A model generated the notes under the pieces. That model had not been told where the DNA came from and did not search any database. It saw only the letters and a list, made by a program, of their open reading frames with translations. The position numbers and the translations under genes were made by a program. A DNA stretch of 56,386 nucleotides from Folioceros fuciformis (taxonomy: Eukaryota), in assembly GCA_049999805.1 (NCBI GenBank), contig JBNGIO010006169.1, positions 73,354-129,739 on the forward strand. The letters are read 5' to 3'. Below, in pieces: positions 51,391-56,386 of this stretch. Numbering within the stretch: position 1 is the first letter of the stretch; the number at the start of each line of letters is the position of its first letter.

Positions 51391-51759
51391 TCCTTCCCTG
51401 ACTTCAGTAGAGGCGATCCCTGAGACTGACTTTGGATATGATGGTTCCTTCCCCGAGGTTCTGCACACACTCAGTCCTGATGATCCCTTCTACTTGTTCA
51501 AGTCCAGGATTCCATTCAGGAAAAGCACAAAATGTTCTCAGTTTCGCAACAATACTCTGCTGGAGAAATTCGATCGTTTGTCTGTGCTCTTGAGTGACGT
51601 CATCAAAATGTGAAAATGATCACCAATGTCCCCGCTCTCCTCCCCAATATCCCCACTGCTCTCCAACAATACGTCCATACCATAGTAGTTAAATTTGATC
51701 CAAGTTCCGTGCAATGCCATACTGACGACAATAAGGAGACTAGTATGAGCAAATTGAAT

Positions 51760-52110
51760 CAGGCAAGCGAGGAAACATTTGGGAGCAACCAGATTCTGTT
51801 GCCCGGTACCATGACTTACCCCTGGGATGAGAACGACATTAAGGCTTTTACAGTGGGCCTCTGTCTCTTTGGCAAGGACTTCCATATGGTGAAGATATTT
51901 GTTGGGCAGAAGGCCATGCAGGATGTTCTGCACTTTCACTACAGCAAGTTCCATGGATCAGCGAGGTACAGGCGATGGTTGGGAGCAAGGAGAAACAGGG
52001 GCAGGTGTGTAAACGGGTCAAGCTTCGTTACAGCTTGGAGCCAAGAACAGCTTCTTGACCGCCTGTCTCCTTCTGTTCTAGACACTGCAAAATCTGCACT
52101 TGCTGAGGGA
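51760..52110 (+). pseudogene. Fragment of a plant SANT-domain protein (At1g09040/At2g47820-like)
   Basis: LPGTMTYPWDENDIKAFTVGLCLFGKDFHMVKIFVGQKAMQDVLHFHYSKFHGSARYRRW..RCVNGSSFVTAWSQEQLLDRL; only this internal segment is present. Confidence 0.75.
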
Positions 52111-52555
52111 CATACTGACCTGTCCAGGAAGCTTTTGGTTGTGGCTGCAAGGCTTATCAGTTGCAGAAGCGCGGGGGCCGGCCCGTGCCAGGACGAGGCA
52201 TCAGCAGAAAGGCTTCAAACTCACCAGCTAACCGTTGCTGGAATAAGTGGTTAACTGACTAATCCATCTGCTTATGGAACATCAAACAAAATATGTACAC
52301 AGAGTGGTTGCTAGCGTATTCTTGCGCCCAGTTGCCCTGGCATTTTATTTTTACTTGCGTTTGATATCCTCGGTGCCTTAGGGCCCAGGCAAGGGACCCA
52401 TACCCAGAGTCCAAATCCGGAGCGTAGCACTGAGCAGCTCGGAAACTCGGGAAATATGTTCACAACGGAACAAACCGATGAAGCGAGGAAGTGCTTCATA
52501 TTCTGTTGCGAAAGTGCTGTGCCTCCTGCAGGAATGCCTCCCTTCTGGTTGTCAG

Positions 52556-53008
52556 TTACTTCACTCGTCGTTTCTTCATCACTGTAGAGCAGTCGGTGCA
52601 GTACCATTTGCCTCTTGGCCGGGCAGTGAACCACTCTATCGGGCACTGATGTCCAAGTGCAGCAGTGTGATGAGTAAAAGGCATTGAGAAAGAGGTGGAA
52701 GGGAAGAACTGGAGTGGTTTCAGCAAATTAGCTAGGGAGGGAAGAATGTGCACCTCTGAATTGTCGCAAGCTATCATTTCACCAAACGAGACCTGGTTGC
52801 AGTAGCAGTACGTTGGCTCGTTTGGATGCACTGGTAGATCCATCTCCACTGGTGGGGCAGCAGGAACAGTGTACTGCCCTCTGCTGCAGAGAGCAAATTA
52901 ACCAGGATGCGACATGCTGAAAGAGAACTGCAGGAGGGAATGGACGCTTTGAAACAAAGTGGTGGTCTTGAGTGCGTACTTTTTCCTCCCTGATTCCTCT
53001 TGAATGAG

Positions 53009-53042
<34 letters not shown>

Positions 53043-53915
53043 ATCTGAACTTGCTCTACGCAAGAAGATGGACAGGTTATAACCGAAACTGAGTAAGAAC
53101 AACAGGAACTCAGAATGCTGGCTTCGATGTCAAACCTCTCCTCAGCTCCTCCTCAAACTTCTTCACGTCTTTATCAAGCCGCTGAATGTGGCTGTCAACC
53201 TGCACAAGGGACCATATGTCATCAGTCTTGCAGTACAGATAAACCATAAGACGGTCCGAAAAACTGTAAGACTTGCACCCAGTGAATCACAGAAACATAC
53301 ATGGAACACAGACCACATCATAAGTCTGCTGTGCCAAGGTCGCTTTGAGATCAGCAACCTCGAGAGCTGCCCTGTGGGCTTCTACAATGCCTGCAGTGTG
53401 CCTTCGAATAAGAACTTCCAGTCCGGAACCACCAGACTTCCGTGCTGCTTCTGTGACTTCCTTGTGCCCCTGAACACACTTTTCAAGCATTGCCTTCTCA
53501 TGCTCTGACAAAAATGCCGCGAAAAGCATGTTACAAAATGGTTGATGAATTATGATGCCAAACAACTAACTGCTTGATGCGAATTGGCACCAGAATCCAA
53601 GTGGCCAAAAAACTGGTCCATCACCTTGGAACTGCAGGTCCAATTGTCCCAGGAGACCATACTGCTTCTGAAGATGTGCAGGCAGCCCTCCCAAACCTGC
53701 CGAAATAGTGTCATCAGAACCGCGAGGGATTGACGTTCAAGCTTACAACAGAAACGGCTCGAGGACAACACGTAATATAGAGATGGCTCAAGTCTTAGGG
53801 TTTTGGGAGACATCAGAAACGGAAGGCTTGAAATACAGCAACGGCTGACATCGGAGGAAAAGATCTTTCAGCAAGAACATCACATACTTGCGATGAAATC
53901 TTGCAGATACGGCAT
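52556..53915 (-). pseudogene. ING1: ING1-like PHD-finger protein with a deletion in the PHD finger (likely non-functional copy)
   Basis: MPYLQDFIA|LGGLPAHLQKQYGLLGQLDLQFQ|...ADLKATLAQQTYDV|VDSHIQRLDKDVKKFEEELRR|...MDLPVHPNEPTYCYCNQVSFGEMIACDNSE|CPIEWF--TARPRGKWYCTDC; the HxxC zinc ligands after EWF are missing. Confidence 0.8.
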
Positions 53916-54116
53916 CACTGCGCGTCCAAACAAAGGGGAGACCACCAAATCGGATCAAGTGATCTGAGTCAAAAAAATTCAGCTCAGATGTACGGTTGGT
54001 GGACGACATGGAGGGCAAGGGTCTCCGTAAATGGATTCCATCCTTGTTCTCGTTGTTTCTTCTTCTGCAACTCATACGATGCAACTCACTCCCTTCCTAC
54101 CCTATCCCGCAGCTGC

Positions 54117-56334
54117 ATGGCGATCGCTCTCCCGTCACCGACGATGATGAGGAAAGGGCTTGAGATGATCGGTGCATCCGGTCACCAATGGGTCCCACTC
54201 CCCCCGGCGCGTCCGGTCACCGTGTGGTCGCCCGGTTTCCCGTCGCGTCCAGTTGTTCAATGCTCCTGGTGCTCCTAGCTGGTGTCGACGCGCGCTCTGC
54301 CAGGTGGGAATGGCCATGACGCTGGGAGCACTGGTCAGAGCGGCGGGGGCCTGGAGAAGCGGCGCTCTCCTGGTCCTCGGTGTGCGCCGATCTTCTGCTT
54401 CAGCTTGTGGGGCTCTGGCAGCTGCAGCACCAGCTGCCGGACAGACCGAGGTCTGGGCCCATACGTCCAGGCCGCTGGCGGAGGCCATCCGGCACTACAG
54501 GCAATGCCATTGGCAGCTATCCAAGGCTCGGCTCAGGTGAGATGTGCCGAACAATAGAACATCGTCTCGCCTGGATGCCAATTGCAGGATTTTGACATGT
54601 GGATCCACCCTCCCTGCTGGTTGCCGGATGCTGGTCGTGTCTACTGCACGAGTAGGATTTGTAATGGGAAGCGGAGAGGTTGTGGACAGCAGCTGGGACC
54701 ACGATGGCTGCTGCATCTGTCAGCGCATTCAACCAGGTGCTAGTTTTTGCGGTTTGCAGATGATGTTGCAGCTCGGGGAATGCTCGCCACGCATGAATTC
54801 CGTGAACTTTGGTTCCAGGCTGATGCCATGGATTGATGGCCCCAGGCGATGGAAGTTGGCAACGATGCTGTTATGAAGCGGACCATGCGAAGGCCGCTGC
54901 CGTCAGGGCGCGTGACCGTGTCTCATGCTTTGGTGTGGGCCGCCTGTCTTGGCGTTACTGGCATTACTGTACTGGCCTGGAAGGTTCTCTCTCTCCATTC
55001 GAACTCTTCCGAGCACGGGATGGTGGAGTGACTCTTCTTTTTGGCGCCCGCCCTAACAAACATATTTCCTGTTTGCTGTGTCAAAGCTCTCGTTCTCGGT
55101 TTTGATGGGAAATTTCTTTCTCAACTGTGTTGCAGACTAACGCATTGACAGCCACCTTAGGAGCTGTGAATATCGCGTTGTACACTGTCGCATACACTCC
55201 TCTCAAGCAGATCCATCCTGTTAATAGTTGGGTTGGGGCAGTTGTTGGTGCCATTCCTCCGCTCATGGGGTAGGTTGAGTTTGTGGCACCACTTGCAAAT
55301 GAAATTGTAGTTGGTCATGCGCGGGGCTACCTCTTGCGTGATGTTATTGTCCATGTTCCGTTGTGTTATAGAGTCAACAGTGTTACTGCGTTTCCTGTTG
55401 TGCTTTAGCTGTGTGCCTTCAGGGTTAGCTTAATTGGAAGATGAGTCTTTGCCATTTGAAGATGATTTTACTCGCTGATGGCAGATGGGCTGCTGCCTGT
55501 GGACACCTTGATCCGGCAAGCTGGGTGCTTTGTACTTCTGGCAGATTCCGCATTTCATGGCTTTGGCATTTCTCTGCCGAACTGATTATGCAACTGGAGG
55601 GTATGGCTTAGGCTCTTTCGTTTTCTGGTATTTTGCTTCATTAACGTATTCAATCTAAGTATTCGAGACGAGTAGCCTGTCTCAGTGATTAGGGGTGTCT
55701 CAGTGATGGTATCCTCGTCAGATTACTTCTGATGTTTGACAAGACGTCGTGATTCAGGTACAGGATGCTCTCACTTCTTGATGTTTCTGGTAAAAGAACG
55801 GCTTCCGCAGCTCTTCGGAATTGCATTTATGTCTTTCCTCTCGGGTTTTTAGCTTACCAATGTAAGTAGTGACGAGTCGAAGCTTCATGTGCCGTATTGC
55901 CTGGGGAGTTGTGTTCTCTCGGATGCAATTTCGTCTGTCTTGTCACGTTCCTGAACAGGGGGTACAACTTCCAAGTACTTGACGGTGGAGACAAGCATGC
56001 TGACAACTGGCATGGCTTTGATGGCATCTCAATTTTATCTCCAGCCGTCGTCTGCAACGGCACTCAAGCTATTCCTGTCAAGCTTGCTTTATCTTCCTTT
56101 CTTCATGGCTTCCATGGTGGTGCATCTTCTGCCAAATCCAGCCGCCACCCCTATGAAGTTGGCAGAGAGGCAGGAGGTCGGGACTGGTACGAAAACGGAT
56201 GAAGGCAGTAGTAGAGATGAAGTGGCAGTCACGAACTCCAGAAAGACAAAGGCCCCCCTGCCCCCATCCTATGCGTGTCCATGGCCCCTTTTCCTTCCCT
56301 GGCTGTTCCTGGCTCCCCGAGCTACCGGACCTGA
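54117..56334 (+). pseudogene. COX10: Protoheme IX farnesyltransferase (heme O synthase) copy with frameshifts and a broken acceptor
   Basis: RHYRQCHWQLSKARL|MLVVST..; [72 protein letters not shown]. Lesions: CGG in place of AG near 54625, deletions/frameshifts near 54688 and 55530, 2-bp insertion near 56276. Confidence 0.85.
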
Positions 56335-56386
56335 GTCGATAATTCTTGTACTACTGATGAGTCTGCTTGTCCTCTTCATGGCCCTT

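Overview
Eukaryotic nuclear DNA from a compact, gene-dense land-plant genome with short GT-AG introns. The style suggests a non-seed plant such as a lycophyte or hornwort, but that is inference. Left to right: (1) a PAP/OAS1-type nucleotidyltransferase whose 3' part is decayed. (2) A TE island at about 6-14.8 kb, where a degenerate Ty1/Copia element with an intact 163-bp 3' LTR and PPT sits in a degenerate MULE/SWIM transposase-like gene. (3) A block of apparently intact genes at 16-41.3 kb: organellar (probably mitochondrial) ribosomal S18, RPL27a, AP-4 sigma, a divergent Sen1/MAA3-like SF1 helicase with micro-exons and a ~1,170-aa charged repeat tail, plastid IscA, an intronless MAPKK, a TCF1-like RCC1 protein and a CYP71-clan P450. 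(4) An inverted P450 pseudogene. (5) A satellite block at 44.9-50.6 kb with N gaps. (6) A cluster of lesioned gene copies: Trx-f-like, SANT fragment, ING1-like, COX10-like. Inside that cluster is the most unusual element, a degenerate peptidase C14 domain at 50.6-51.4 kb whose motifs look like animal-type, Asp-specific caspases rather than plant metacaspases. All calls come from reading motifs by eye; no database searches were run.
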